A program made the position numbers and the translations under genes. From Octopus vulgaris (Eukaryota), in NCBI GenBank assembly GCA_951406725.2, contig OX597821.1, forward strand, positions 25,854,001 to 25,918,000: a stretch of DNA of 64,000 bases, in the 5' to 3' direction. Position 1 is the stretch's first letter. Each line of letters begins with the position of its first letter. The notes below the pieces were generated by a model that was not told the origin of the DNA, did not search any database, and worked only from the letters and a program-made list of their open reading frames with translations. This document shows positions 11,408 to 22,954 of the stretch, piece after piece.

Positions 11408-12475
11408 GTGGATGTGTGGTAAAAAATTTGCTTCCCAACCACATATGTGGTTCCTTGGGCAAGTGTCTTCTGCTATAGCGCCAAGATGACCAAAGCCTTG
11501 TGAGTGGATCTGGTAAGCGGAAACTGAACGAAGCCCGTTGTGTATGTATGTATGTATGTTGCACATGAGAAAGTAAGGAGGGATGTCAGGAAGGGCATCG
11601 CTGTTACACTTCCAGATGGTAAAGGTCTTTCTATGATGTTGATATGCAGCGTCTGTGCAAGACCCTGCCTCAGTAAAGCTGGACTCAAGAGTCATCTTTG
11701 TAGTCATAAAGCGAGACAGATGAGTGACAACCTGGCCACTGGTGGTGGTGTAACACACCATACTAATCATATCTATCGGACATGTGGAAGAGAGTGTAAT
11801 TCGGCAGGAGGACTTAAACAACATGCAAAGGTACATGAAGCCCAGTTACAACTACAGCCGGCTATTACCAGTAAAGGTTTTAGTTGCCAATTCTGTACAA
11901 GACATTGTAGATCTTTCGCTGGGCTAAAAAGATACATTCGATTACAGCACCAGTAACAGTTAAGCTTCGTGCAATGGCCATACTCGATAACGAGGGGGAA
12001 GCCATAATGTATGTATGTATTAAGCTTCGTGCAATGGCCATACTCGATAACGAGGGGGCAGCCATAATGTATGTATGTACATACATTCATTTGTTCATTT
12101 GTTTGTTCTCTTCTGCTTTTAATCATTTGTATTCTTCCTCTGAAGAAGCTGATTTCTAACAAAGATACAAAGTTCCAGTGTCAGAATGTATGTATGTATG
12201 TGTTAGTGTGTGTGTGTGTGTGTGTGTGTGTTTGTGTCGTCTTGTCATGGCATCATTTGATAGTTGTAAATGAGTGTCACTGCCATACAAGCTATCATTC
12301 ATTTCCAATATTCTGCAAACAAGAAGATGTCTGGCCACAAGGAAAATAATGGCTAAGTTGAAAACAGATGAAAGTTGGCAAGAAGAAGGGCATTCAGCTA
12401 TAGAAAATCTGCCTCAATAAAATCTGTCTGACTGTGCAAGCATGGAAAAGCAGATGCTAAAATGATGATGATGAC
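11408..12475 (+). mobile_element. CORE-type SINE variant with (GAT)n tail, split by an RTE fragment
   Basis: 5' half at 11408-11545 and 3' half at about 12190-12475 flank the insertion. Confidence 0.75.
11560..12079 (+). mobile_element. 5'-truncated RTE/BovB-like LINE 3' end with three C2H2-like fingers and a duplicated tail
   Basis: CSVCARPCLSKAGLKSHLCSH, TCGRECNSAGGLKQHAKVH, CQFCTRHCRSFAGLKRY..QH*; 60-bp tail unit repeated at 11960-12019 and 12020-12079 ending in (ATGT)n. Confidence 0.75.
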
Positions 12476-12859
12476 TCCAAGGCAGGGGATTAGTACAATT
12501 GTTACATTTTTGAAAAAGGTACCTTTTGCTCTGACCCTTTACATTCTGATATTTTGTGTGGTAGATTTATGCCATAATCTGATTTAATGCCAAAACCTAG
12601 TCCTTGAATGCCTTAAGCATAGTCCACTCTGTTGCAAGATTTTGAATAGGGTCTCTGGTTTGAAGAAATCTTCTCCTTCATCCTGCCAGTTTTTAGTCTT
12701 GAAAAAATAAAGGATCATAGATGCTGCCTATTCCTCTCTGACTACCCTTTTGCTCTTGTTTTTTTTTAATCCTTCCCTGATGACCCTTACTCCTGATTAC
12801 TCTTCTTTTCCTAATTGCTCTTATCTCATTGATAACCTTGCCCTCAATGACTGCCCTTC

Positions 12860-13670
12860 TATTCTAGACTGTCCTTCCCTTCTCGACAGTCTTTCTCTTC
12901 TAGACAGTCCTTCCTTTCTAGACAGTCCTTCCTTTCTAGACAGTCCTTCCTTTCTAGACAGTCCTTCCTTTCTAGACAGTCTTTCCTTTCTAGACAGTCC
13001 TTCCTTTCTAGACAGTCCTTCCTTTCTAGACAGTCCTTCCTTTCTAGACAGTCCTTCCTTTCTAGACAGTCCTTCCTTTCTAGACAGTCTTTCCTTTCTA
13101 GACAGTCCTTCCTTTCTAGACAGTCTTTCCTTTCTAGACAGTCCTTCCTTTCTAGACAGTCTTTCCTTTCTAGACAGTCCTTCCTTTCTAGACAGTCCTT
13201 CCTTTCTAGACAGTCCTTCCTTTCTAGACAGTCTTTCCTTTCTAGACAGTCCTTCCTTTCTAGACAGTCCTTCCTTTCTAGACAGTCTTTTCTTTCTAGA
13301 CAGTCCTTCCTTTCTAGACAGTCCTTCCTTTCTTGACAGTCTTTCCTTTCTAGACAGTCTTTCCTTTCTAGACAGTCCTTCCTTTCTAGACAGTCCTTCC
13401 TTTCTAGACAGTCTTTCCTTTCTAGACAGTCCTTCCTTTCTAGACAGTCCTTCCTTTCTAGACAGTCTTTCCTTTCTAGACAGTCTTTCCTTTCTAGACA
13501 GTCCTTCCTTTCTAGACAGTCCTTCCTTTCTAGACAGTCCTTCCTTTCTAGACAGTCCTTCCTTTCTTGACAGTCTTTCCTTTCTCGACAGTCTTTCTCT
13601 TCTAGACAGACCTTCCTTTCTAGACAGTCCTTCCTTTCTAGACAGTCTTTCCTTTCTTGACAGTCCTTCC
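12860..13670. repeat. 18-bp minisatellite (ctagacagtc[c/t]ttccttt)n, about 45 units
   Basis: Direct inspection; highly homogeneous core, degenerate edges. Confidence 0.97.
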
Positions 13671-13882
13671 CTCAATAATAATAATGGATCTTTTCCCTTT
13701 CAACCGCAGATCGAGAAATTAATTTTTTGTAACTAAACACTTTCAAACTTCGGACACTGGTAGAACGTGTCATATAAAACATCTCTTACTCTTAGTGTTG
13801 TTGAGAAAAGTTTATATTTTCAAAGTTATTTCATGTTAAAGTTGTTGTATTTTGGTAATTTCAACCAATCAATGACGTGTAT

Positions 13883-13883
13883 T

Positions 13884-13933
<50 letters not shown>

Positions 13934-13955
13934 TATTATTATTATTATTATTATT
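13883..13955. repeat. (ATC)n(ATT)n microsatellite
   Basis: Direct inspection. Confidence 0.95.
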
Positions 13956-14859
13956 TTTTTTTTTTCAAAAACGGACAAAACCCTTTGTAACCTTTCGTCC
14001 TGTTTTGTCCCTTTATGTTTAATAATCATGTGTGTCAGCCCTTGTGGCCAATAAAAAGAATTAATTATTATTATTATTATTATTGGTGGTGATGGTGGTA
14101 GCAGTATTGATTATCATAGTCTATAGACATGTTTTTTTTCTTGTGCTTGCGAATTTCTTTGTGGTTTACTAAACTTTCTCCTTCAATGGTGAAATACAAT
14201 GGAATAATTTAACAAGTGGAGTTTATTTTGTAACAAAATTAATGATGAGGGCTGGGTTTGTTTTTGACATTTTGCATTTTCTCTTTGGTGATTTTTAAAC
14301 AATGGCACCAATAATAATAATAATAATAATAATAATAACCAACAAGAAAATCCCAGTACAGCATACAAAGGCGAAAATGATAAACATTAAACAAATGAAC
14401 ATTTCTGATGGAATAAATGAAGAAGCCATTTTGTTGTCTCTGCAAAACACACATGAAAATGTAAGCACAATGAAATGAGGAAGGAAAAAAAAAAAGGACT
14501 TTTATTAGCAGTAACAGTACATACACACATTCACTCATTCTGTTTCTCTCTCTAACAAAGTGGTGATGCTTTGTTTTTGATAATGGTAATTGTCTTTTTT
14601 TTTTTCTTAATGGGACTAGTACAAGACAAACTGTGTATGTATATGAACTACAAGAAAAGAGGTCAATGTGACAAAGTTGTTCATTTTACAGCCTTTGATG
14701 AAAACATTTCTGGTCTAGGGGAAAAATAATGCTTTGTTTGGAAACGGATGAAGGTTGGCAACTGACAGGGCATCCAGACAGAAAATCTGCTTCAGCCAAA
14801 TTCTGTTTGACCCATGCAAGCAGGGAAAAGTAGACATTAAAATGGGGGATACCACTTTT

Positions 14860-15960
14860 AAGGAGATTTAGTTAGAAAGTTAGATGAGGCACTTAGGACA
14901 GGCATCGTAACTGACGTGTTGGTGGTGAGATTGCCCTTCAACCAATTTTTCAGCGACAAACACAAAGGCTGCGTTGTCAGAGCTAAGGCATGTTCACTAA
15001 GCGGGGAGAGAATGAAAGCGTCATGATGGGCCCACATGGTAGAGGTGAAAAGTGGCAATAAAGCCATCATTCGGTCTTTGGTGAACCAAAACGGATACAT
15101 GGTCTTTGAGGCGAAAAAGATGTGCGTGGCTTTTCAGATGTGTGAGGCTTTGCTTGACTGTTCGGGATGAATAGTAGGACAGATAATAGGGCAAACTCCA
15201 GTGTCTACCTGGACAGCCTGCCACAACTCTCAGCGAGTGAAACAGAGTGCAGCAAAAGTCTGATAACAGCCACGGAGTTACAGGAAGCGATGAAGAGTTG
15301 CACTAGATTGCAGGGTTTGGATGGTCTGCCCTATGAGCTTTATACTTCAATGCCAGATTTGTTTGCGGGCCTGTTAGCAAATGTCTACGGCAACTAGCAG
15401 CAGAATGGGAGAATTCTCACTTTTGTCTGTCAAGGGGCAGTGTCACTGCTGAGAAAGGACTCAAACAAGGGGAACGTTATAGAGAATTTCAGGCCCATCA
15501 CTCTGCTGAATGCAGAGTTGAAGATTTTGGCCAAGGTGTTAGCCAAGAAGTTGGCACTTGTTGTGGACAAACTGGTTGGTGAGGCACAAACATGTGCCAT
15601 CCCAGCCAGGAGTATTCACGATAACCGCCATCATAGAAAGATGGATAATGATGCTGGCATGGGTGGGGCTCTGATCAGTTTTGATCAATCTAAAGCCTTT
15701 GATAGGGTCGACCATCAATACTTGGCAGCTGTCCTCAAGGCAGCTGGTTTTGGTCCTGTTTCTCATGGTTGGATTGCTGCTTTGTACAGCAGCATTTGCT
15801 TGGTTGTTCGGGTGAATGGTCACCTGTTAGAGCCATTCAGCATCTTGCATTCGGTGCGTCAAGAGTGTCCTCTCTCTTCTTTTCTGTATGTACTCACTCT
15901 TGAGTCATTACTGTGGAAGTTGGAGGCTTTGAGGGGTGTCCTGAATGATCTAGGATGTGG
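14860..15960 (+). pseudogene. Tx1/L1-clade LINE reverse transcriptase fragment
   Basis: GLDGLPYELY, NFRPITLLNAELKILAKVLA, DQSKAFDRVDHQYL, SVRQECPLSSFLYVL (ORFs 15167-15397 and 15440-15973). Confidence 0.88.
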
Positions 15961-16450
15961 AACAGAGGAATAGTGATGGCTGTCAGTTCCAAAAGCAACA
16001 TCTCTGTGGATGGAATGCCACGTCATGTCTTAGATGTTTTTAGGATTGTTGCTTCGTCAGATGATGATTGAGGAGAGGAGGAAGAGAATGAGATTTCCAG
16101 CTTAAGAAGATCACAACATGCAAGATGCCCACCTGGGTGGGTGGTAGATTTCGACATGGAGTGAAGTGAAGAGGGGATCTTTGAGATCACGAGGGCGTGT
16201 GGGGATGAGCTGGAAGAAGAGAGTCATGACATCAACGGTCAAGGGACTGACCAGAAGAGGAAGTGCAAGAGGGGAAGTGGGGTGAAAATTGGCCCCTTCT
16301 TGCCCACCGGAGGCATTGTGAAGGGATGTTAGAGAATTTACACCTGGGTTGGTCAGATAGCAGTTGCTTATATTGGGTAACAGGGTAGGGCAGGATTGTC
16401 AGAGAGATTACTGCTAGACAGGCAAAGACGAGAGAGGAAGGGAGGCGAAC
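15961..16450 (+). mobile_element. Gypsy-like LTR retrotransposon 3' remnant (integrase C-terminus plus possible LTR start)
   Basis: NRGIVMAVSSKSNISVDGMPRHVLDV, followed by a purine-rich stretch and tgtggg at about 16198; LTR boundary is not confirmed. Confidence 0.55.
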
Positions 16451-16479
16451 CACTTTTCATTTCCCATGCATTACAATTT

Positions 16480-16700
16480 TTTAGTTCCAATATCTTTCAG
16501 CCACTTAGGTAGCTGTTTAGGTGTTGTGCCAAGTGCACCAATTACCACAGAAACAAATGTCACGTTCGTCTTCCACAATCTATTCATCTCTCTGGCTAGG
16601 CCTTGATATTTCTTAATTTTCCTAATTTGTTTGATATCTACTCTGCTATCATATGGTATTGCAAAATCTGTAATTTTTCATTATTTTTTTCTTTGTCCTC
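16480..16700 (-). pseudogene. R4/Dong-clade retrotransposon restriction-like endonuclease remnant
   Basis: Minus strand reads ITDFAIPYDSRVDIKQIRKIKKYQGLAREMNRLWKTNVTFVSVVIGALGTTPKQLPKWLK. Confidence 0.8.
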
Positions 16701-16841
16701 CTTGCTTCAATAATATATACTGTGTCCTTGCCATGACTTCATGTGCTAGTTATAAATGAATGTCCGTATCCTACAAGCAATGTCTTTCATTTCCAGTCTT
16801 CTATGAAAATATGTCTGATCTTGGGGAATATTACCATATTT

Positions 16842-17086
16842 CTCTTCCTCCTTTCCACAATCATCATCTGACAAAGTGACAATCCTATGAACATCTAAGA
16901 CATGACACGGCATTCCATCCACAGAAATGTTGTTTTTGGAATTGACAGCCATCACTATTTCTCTGTTCCAGTGAGTTGTACAGGGTGCCTTCGGTGGCTT
17001 GACCCACACTTCATCTTCCACCTCCACAAAGACGGATGCTCACTCTTCGACAGGACATCTCGATAGTTTACTTGGATGCCACCATT
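16842..17086 (-). mobile_element. Gypsy-like integrase C-terminal fragment inserted in a SINE
   Basis: EVWVKPPKAPCTTHWNREIVMAVNSKNNISVDGMPCHVLDV; flanked by catattt direct repeats. Confidence 0.65.
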
Positions 17087-17199
17087 CATATTTGAAGCAT
17101 GTGAGAGCTGGTAACAGGAAGAGCCCCACCGCTGTTGAAATCTTTGCCTCAAAAGTTATGTTCAACCCATGAAAGCACTGAAAAGTGGACAGTAAATGA

Positions 17200-17700
17200 A
17201 TCATCATCTAATGCCTGTTTCCTATGCTGGCATGGGTTGGACAGTTTGACAGAAGCTGGCCAGCCAGGGAGCTGTCTCAACTTCAATTATCTGTTTTGGC
17301 ATGGCTTCTACAACTTGATACCCTTCCTAATGCCAACCAAATTACAGTGTGCTGGGTACTTTTTACAGGCCACCAGCATGGGTGCATTTAAGCAGCACCA
17401 GCATGAGTGCATTTTGTGTGGCACTGGTACAGGTGCATTTTACATGACATTAGCACAGGTGATTTTTACATAGCACCAGCACCTATCTGCAAAGGACATG
17501 CCTGTGCAAATGGATGACCACAACCGTACTTAGCTTGATGCTTCTTCTCAAGTACAGCAAATCACCGCAACTCCTAGTCTCTTGTCATTTCCTCAGTGAG
17601 GCCCTAATCTGAAGATCCTTTTCCACCACTTCATCCTGGGTCTACCCCTTCCACAAGTTCACTCCACAACTGGAGATTGGCACTTCTTTAAGTAGCTATC
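17200..17700 (-). mobile_element. Degraded RTE-tailed retroposon plus RTE C-terminal remnant
   Basis: tcatcatctaatgcctgttttcctatgctggcatgggttggacag tail; reiterated short modules at 17355-17480. Confidence 0.6.
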
Positions 17701-17840
17701 CTCATCTATATAACTATAAAATTTATAAAACTAGTATGAAAGCAAATGAAATTATAAAGTTACAAGCATTAAGTAAATTGCATGTTATGAATATTAGGTG
17801 AAAGTTTCATGTAAATGTATTGAATATTAAATAATGTATA

Positions 17841-18338
17841 TCACCTTGATCACCTTGACCGACCAGTCCGTCAGGCGTCCATTTGACACCGCTGGTCACA
17901 GCACGCTGTCCACTCCTCTCTGGATCACGCCTTTCTCATCCACGTGATCCCAATCGTCCTCCTGAAATCGTAACTCCACCGTTATGGAGGCCTTCCAGGT
18001 GGTCGTTTCCGCTCACGTGGGTACCACTCGACAACTGCGTGGGTCCACCGATTATCGGTGAGCCGGGCGATGTGTCCAGCCCATCTAAACTTGCTGCGTG
18101 TACATTCTGCAATGACATCCCTCACGCTGGACATCTCTCCGGTGACCTTGCTACTGATGTGCTCTCTCAACGAGATACCAAGCATTGACCTTTCCATGGC
18201 TCTTTGAGCCGTTACCAGTCTTTGCTCTTCTCTCTTTGTAGTAGCCCATGTTTCACTACCATATAACATTGCAGGCAGAACTGCACTGTTAATGAGGTTG
18301 GCACGGGTGGTCCTGTCCAACCTTCCCTTGAGCACATC
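17841..18338 (-). mobile_element. 5'-truncated RTE-clade LINE 3' end
   Basis: ORF 17982-18335: VLPAMLYGSETW...RLVTAQRAMERSMLG...KFRWAGHIARLTDNRWT...WYPRERKRPPGRPP; tail with repeated caaggtgat. Confidence 0.9.
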
Positions 18339-18612
18339 CCTTATATATTTACTCTAATAAATAACATGTATATGGCCAGCTAAAAATCAGTCGTTTCATC
18401 TGAGTAAATGGGAGAAAACTGTATGGAAGACATGTCATTAGAGTTTATTTATTTTGTGAACCATTTGCTGCGAATGAATGTACATACATGCATACATACT
18501 TACACGCACACAATGTATGTATATAAAAATATATTTATTTAGTAGTGCTTGCTGAGAGCAAAGTAGATCACAAACTACAGAGAGAACTTGCCGCAAATCA
18601 GCAGAATAATTT

Positions 18613-18644
18613 GTGTGTGTGTGTGCGTGCGTGTGCGTGTGTGC

Positions 18645-18675
<31 letters not shown>

Positions 18676-18726
18676 TGTGTGTGTGTGTGTGTGTGTGCAT
18701 GCATGCGTGTGTGTGTGTGTGTGTGT
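18613..18726. repeat. (TG)n/(TGCG)n microsatellite
   Basis: Direct inspection. Confidence 0.95.
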
Positions 18727-18957
18727 TGATATAAACATTTCAGAGGTTTTCTCTTAACTTTGAACAAAACTTATTTACCAGAGATATTTTAAACTGATGT
18801 AAAAATTTGCAGTCTTCATCACTGATTAATCTTCTCTCTGTGGAATCTGACCATTTTTTTGTTCTATTTCTTTCTTTTTATCATTTGGTTTTTTTTTTTT
18901 GTTTTTGGTTTATTTTATCAGAATTTCATTAATTTTTTTTTATTTCAACCATTTTAG

Positions 18958-19014
18958 AATTGTCAATCTCTCCTAGAATCATTATCACCAGAGTGTGTTT
19001 TAAAGTTTTTGAAA
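18958..19014 (+). CDS. Candidate exon (NCQSLLESLSPECVLKFLK)
   Basis: Long U-rich tract, ttttag acceptor, gtaatt donor; phase 0-0 and compatible with 9054-9157. Confidence 0.35.
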
Positions 19015-19171
19015 GTAATTAAAGGACAATATATAGCCAAAGGTTCTGTATATTGAGTTTCAGATAAGGAAATTTTTGTTTTTTTGTTTTTAGTCTTTTG
19101 TTATTTTATTCATTTTTGTTTTTGAAAAGACAAAATTAGTAGAAATATATTTTCATGTATTCTGACAAAAG

Positions 19172-19301
19172 AAACTTTACCATGTAATGTCGACAGTATT
19201 GTTTAGTTCACTCATGAGGTTTGATAATCTTCCAACTCATTGTACAAATGTGTGTTGGATCTATCGACAAACTTTCCTCTCCCATGTACTGCCTTTTTCA
19301 A
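19172..19301 (+). CDS. Candidate exon (KLYHVMSTVLFSSLMRFDNLPTHCTNVCWIYRQTFLSHVLPFS)
   Basis: Open frame ending at a gtatgt donor; acceptor (aag) is weak and the start is uncertain. Confidence 0.25.
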
Positions 19302-19602
19302 GTATGTGTTTAATTCTTTTACTTTTGTTGCAGTTGTTGGTGCTATCTACCAATCACTGTTAGCCAAATAGATATAATACAGGATTACCAGTTCAATACA
19401 CACACACACACACACACACACACAGGTACAGTATGCATTGCTGTGTAGCTGTGTGGGTAAGGAACTTGCTCTCCAGCCATGTGGTTTCACATTCAGTTCC
19501 ACTACTTGGTATTTTGGCCAGGTTTTCTACTATAGTTCTGGGCCAACTGAGGCCCAGGGCTATAGTATATGTACATATACACACACACACATACATGTGT
19601 CT

Positions 19603-19941
19603 AGGGTGCTAAGAGCACCATCCGAGCATGATCGTTGCCAGAGCAGCTAACTGGCTTCCATGCTGGTGGCACATAAAAGGCACCATGCGAGCGTGATCAT
19701 TACCAGCGTTGCCTCACTGGCACATGAAAAAACATTCAAGCGAGGTTGTTGCCAGTACCACCTGACTGGCCCCCATGCTGGTGGCACATAAAAGCACCCA
19801 CTACACTCTCGAAGTTGTTGGCATTAAGAAGGGCATCCAGCTGTAGAAACTCCGTCAGATCAAGATTGGAGCCTGGTGCAGCCATCTGGTTCGCCAGCCC
19901 TAGCATGGAAAGCGGATGTTAAACGATGATGATGATGATGA
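19603..19941 (+). mobile_element. Non-autonomous RTE-tailed retroposon
   Basis: Several ggtggcacataaaagcacc modules, aagggcatccagctgtagaaac, (GAT)n tail. Confidence 0.85.
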
Positions 19942-19943
19942 GG

Positions 19944-20150
<207 letters not shown>

Positions 20151-20435
20151 TTAATTGATTTGTTGTCTCGGGAAGGAATTTTTCATTCGAAGTATACGTC
20201 TCGCTTTTATCCTTCGAAACGTTTAGTAGATGAAACTTTAGCGACTGATTTTTCGTTGTGCTTATTGTCCTGTATCTCCTTTTTTTGCTTGTCTTGTTCC
20301 TTGGTTTGTGTCTATGTTTTTCGTCTCTCTATGTGTTCGACGTCCTTTTGGTGTCCTGTACACATATATGCGTGTATATGTACATGTAGAGGTAGGTACG
20401 TACATACATGTTTATATATATGCATATATTTTATT

Positions 20436-20475
<40 letters not shown>

Positions 20476-21155
20476 CTTTTATGTATTTGTGTTAAAACAT
20501 TCTTGATGTGAAAACGTATGCTAAAACAGATATTTCTATCCTTGAGGATGGTCATCTTTTGCCAATTAAATACACATACTATTTATTTGATCTTCACTTT
20601 GGTTTTATTATTATTATTATTATTATATTTAGTTTGTATGTCAAAGTTCTTTCACCACATATTCTATGACCTCGTCAGCAGCTTTCCATCCCATGTGTTT
20701 CCTCTCGTCTGACCTATTCTATTTTGTCTTTCTGTTGTATGTATGTCTATTTGCACATGCATGCATGTTTGTTTGTATCAGTGTGTGTGTGTGCATTTGT
20801 GTGTGTCTATTTAGTAAATGTGTCTTGTGTGCGTATATATATATATATATATATAGGTTTGTATATTACACTGTATTTATGTCTTTTAAATAAAATATAT
20901 GTGTGTATGTGTATATGTGTGTGCAAGTGCGTCTGTGACATCTCTTCTTGACATCACATGATAGTTGTAAGTGAGAATTACCTTCATACAAGTAAGTGCT
21001 GTTTGTTTCCAGTCTTCCATGGAAAAATATTACCTTGCTTGGAAACAAGTGAGTGTTGGCAACTGGAAGGGAATCTACCTTTAAAAATTTACCTCAGTGA
21101 TTTCCGTTTGATCCTTGCATGGGGAAGTAGATATTAAAGCTTCAATAATGATATC

Positions 21156-21374
21156 TATTTCTTTACTACCCACAAGGGGCTAAACACAGAGAGGACAGAT
21201 AAAGTTATTGAGTCAATTACATCGACCCCAGTGTGTAACTGGCACTTATTTAATTGACCCCGAAAGGATGAAAGGCAAAGTCGACCTTGGCGGAATTTGA
21301 ACTCAGAACGTAACGGCAGACGAAATACAGCTACGCATTTCGCCCGGCGTGCTAACGTTTCTGCCAGCTCACCG
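21156..21374 (-). mobile_element. Meta-domain-type SINE with 20-bp TSD
   Basis: TSD aaagcttcaataatgatatc at 21136-21155 and 21379-21398. Confidence 0.92.
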
Positions 21375-21398
21375 AAAAAAAGCTTCAATAATGATATC

Positions 21399-21640
21399 AT
21401 CATATCATCATTTAATGTCCACCTTCCATGTTGGCATGGGTTGCATAGTTTGACAGGAGATGGTCAGACATGAACCTGCACCAGAATTCTGGGTCTGTTT
21501 TGGCACAGTTTTTACAGCTGGATGCCCTTCCTAACATCAACCATCCAGCAGAGTGGACTAAGTGCTTTTTATGTGGCACAAACACAGGTGAGGCTAGTTT
21601 TGGCCCCGTTTTTACAGCTGGATGCTCTTCCAAACTCCAG
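21399..21640 (-). mobile_element. RTE-tailed retroposon, diverged
   Basis: tcatcatttaatgtccaccttccatgttggcatggg...gctggatgcccttcctaac. Confidence 0.75.
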
Positions 21641-22271
21641 CCACTTAACAGTCATATGTACTCATATGTTGTTTTAGATTTGAGCACATCAGCCATGTTG
21701 CTCTGTACTTGTGCAGTATTATTCAATTTTCCATTGCTTCAGTTGTCAGAAATATGTGCACCAGATCATCTGGGAATGTTATCTGGGATAGCTTGGTGAC
21801 CTCTCCACCAGGAGGAGAGTTATCTACTTAACATTGTGAAACTTGAGCTGAAATTGAGTCATAAAAGTACCTTTGGACCCAGAAGCCATTTGCATTAACT
21901 AATCTTTACCAAGTGAAGAATGTAGTTTAGCAGAAGTAGTTGCAAATTTTAGATTGAGAAGACAAAGTGGTAGGATGATGTTGTGAATGTGAAACTTCCA
22001 GACCAGGTACATTTATATCAGTAGAGAACTGAGCAAGAGAACTGTGTTACAGAGAGAGGTGACAGCTGAACTTAGAAAGATGCCACTGATTAGTTTGTGG
22101 GTGAAGCAGGACTTCAGCTGGCTGGTTGCTATAGAAGTTAAATGACCAGCATAGAAAGAGAAGTGGTAAAAAAAAGAGTAGTTAGTTGTAATATCAAGAA
22201 GCTAGATAGGAAGCGAGATTATTTACATTATTTACATTTGACAGATATTTGTCCTCATCTTGTTTGTTGTT

Positions 22272-22318
22272 TTCTCAACGTTTCAGCTGATATACTCTCC
22301 AGCCTTCATCAGGTTTCT
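22272..22318 (-). ncRNA. Minimal hammerhead ribozyme, degenerate copy
   Basis: Minus strand: CUGAUGA-A-GGCUG-loop-CAGCU-GAAA-C-GUU; stem I disrupted. Confidence 0.6.
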
Positions 22319-22794
22319 TGGGGAAATTTCAAACCTGGGTTCTCATTCCTAAGGTATTTTTCGATGTCGTTGTTGTTGTTGTAAAACCATCAATAAAAGA
22401 GAATATGACCAAAGACTGCGTGTACTCCTTTCCATGCAGCTGTGGTAGGTTATACAAAGGCGAAACATGCCGCGCCCTCAAAATAAGGGTAGAGCTGATT
22501 ATGTATGGAGAAATGGAGACCATTTCCCCCTGTGGGATGAAGTTAAAATAATAGACAGAGAACACCACTAGAAAGAAGCAGCACATATGCTAGGATATTA
22601 AAACCTCCTAAGCAGACCGAGTGCAGATATGAGTAGCTTATGGGAACTGGTATTAAGGAAAGATAAGAAAGAAGAAGAAGAAGGAGGAGGAGGAGAAGAT
22701 TGAAAAATATGAGTAGCTTATGGGAACTGGTATTAAGGAAGGATAGGAAAATATTATATTTATAAGCCCTAAAATTCATTCCATAATTACCCAT

Positions 22795-22870
22795 GGGCAT
22801 ATGGCATAGTGGTTAAGAGCATGGGCTACTAACCCTAAGATTCTGAGTTCGACTTCAGGCAGTGACCTGA
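22795..22870 (+). mobile_element. Short tRNA-like SINE nested in the Penelope-like element
   Basis: A box tggcatagtgg, B box gagttcgacttc; no pairable acceptor stem. Confidence 0.65.
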
Positions 22871-22908
22871 AGGAGAAGAAGAAGAACCTAGGTTCGAAAT
22901 TTCCCCAA

Positions 22909-22954
22909 GACACCTGATGAAGGCTGGAGAGTATATCAGCCGAAACGTTGTGTT
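22909..22954 (+). ncRNA. Minimal type I hammerhead ribozyme (Penelope-associated)
   Basis: GACAC CUGAUGA A GGCUG gagaguauau CAGCC GAAA C GUU GUGUU: stems I and II pair; loopless palindromic stem III (AACGUU). Confidence 0.8.

Noticed and set aside
11540-11956. Host C2H2 zinc-finger gene
   Set aside because: No TGEKP linkers, RTE-type finger motif, followed by a retroposon tail and nested inside a SINE
12750-13736. 328-aa and 284-aa repetitive proteins, or a CRISPR-like array
   Set aside because: Pure 18-bp tandem repeat with no unique spacers; open frames follow from the unit sequence
21678-21795. Phase-compatible candidate exon bridging 19301 and 30361
   Set aside because: Weak donor, and the region looks like a degraded LINE endonuclease remnant on the minus strand
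22795-22870. Functional tRNA gene
   Set aside because: A and B boxes are present but the acceptor stem cannot pair; better explained as a tRNA-derived SINE
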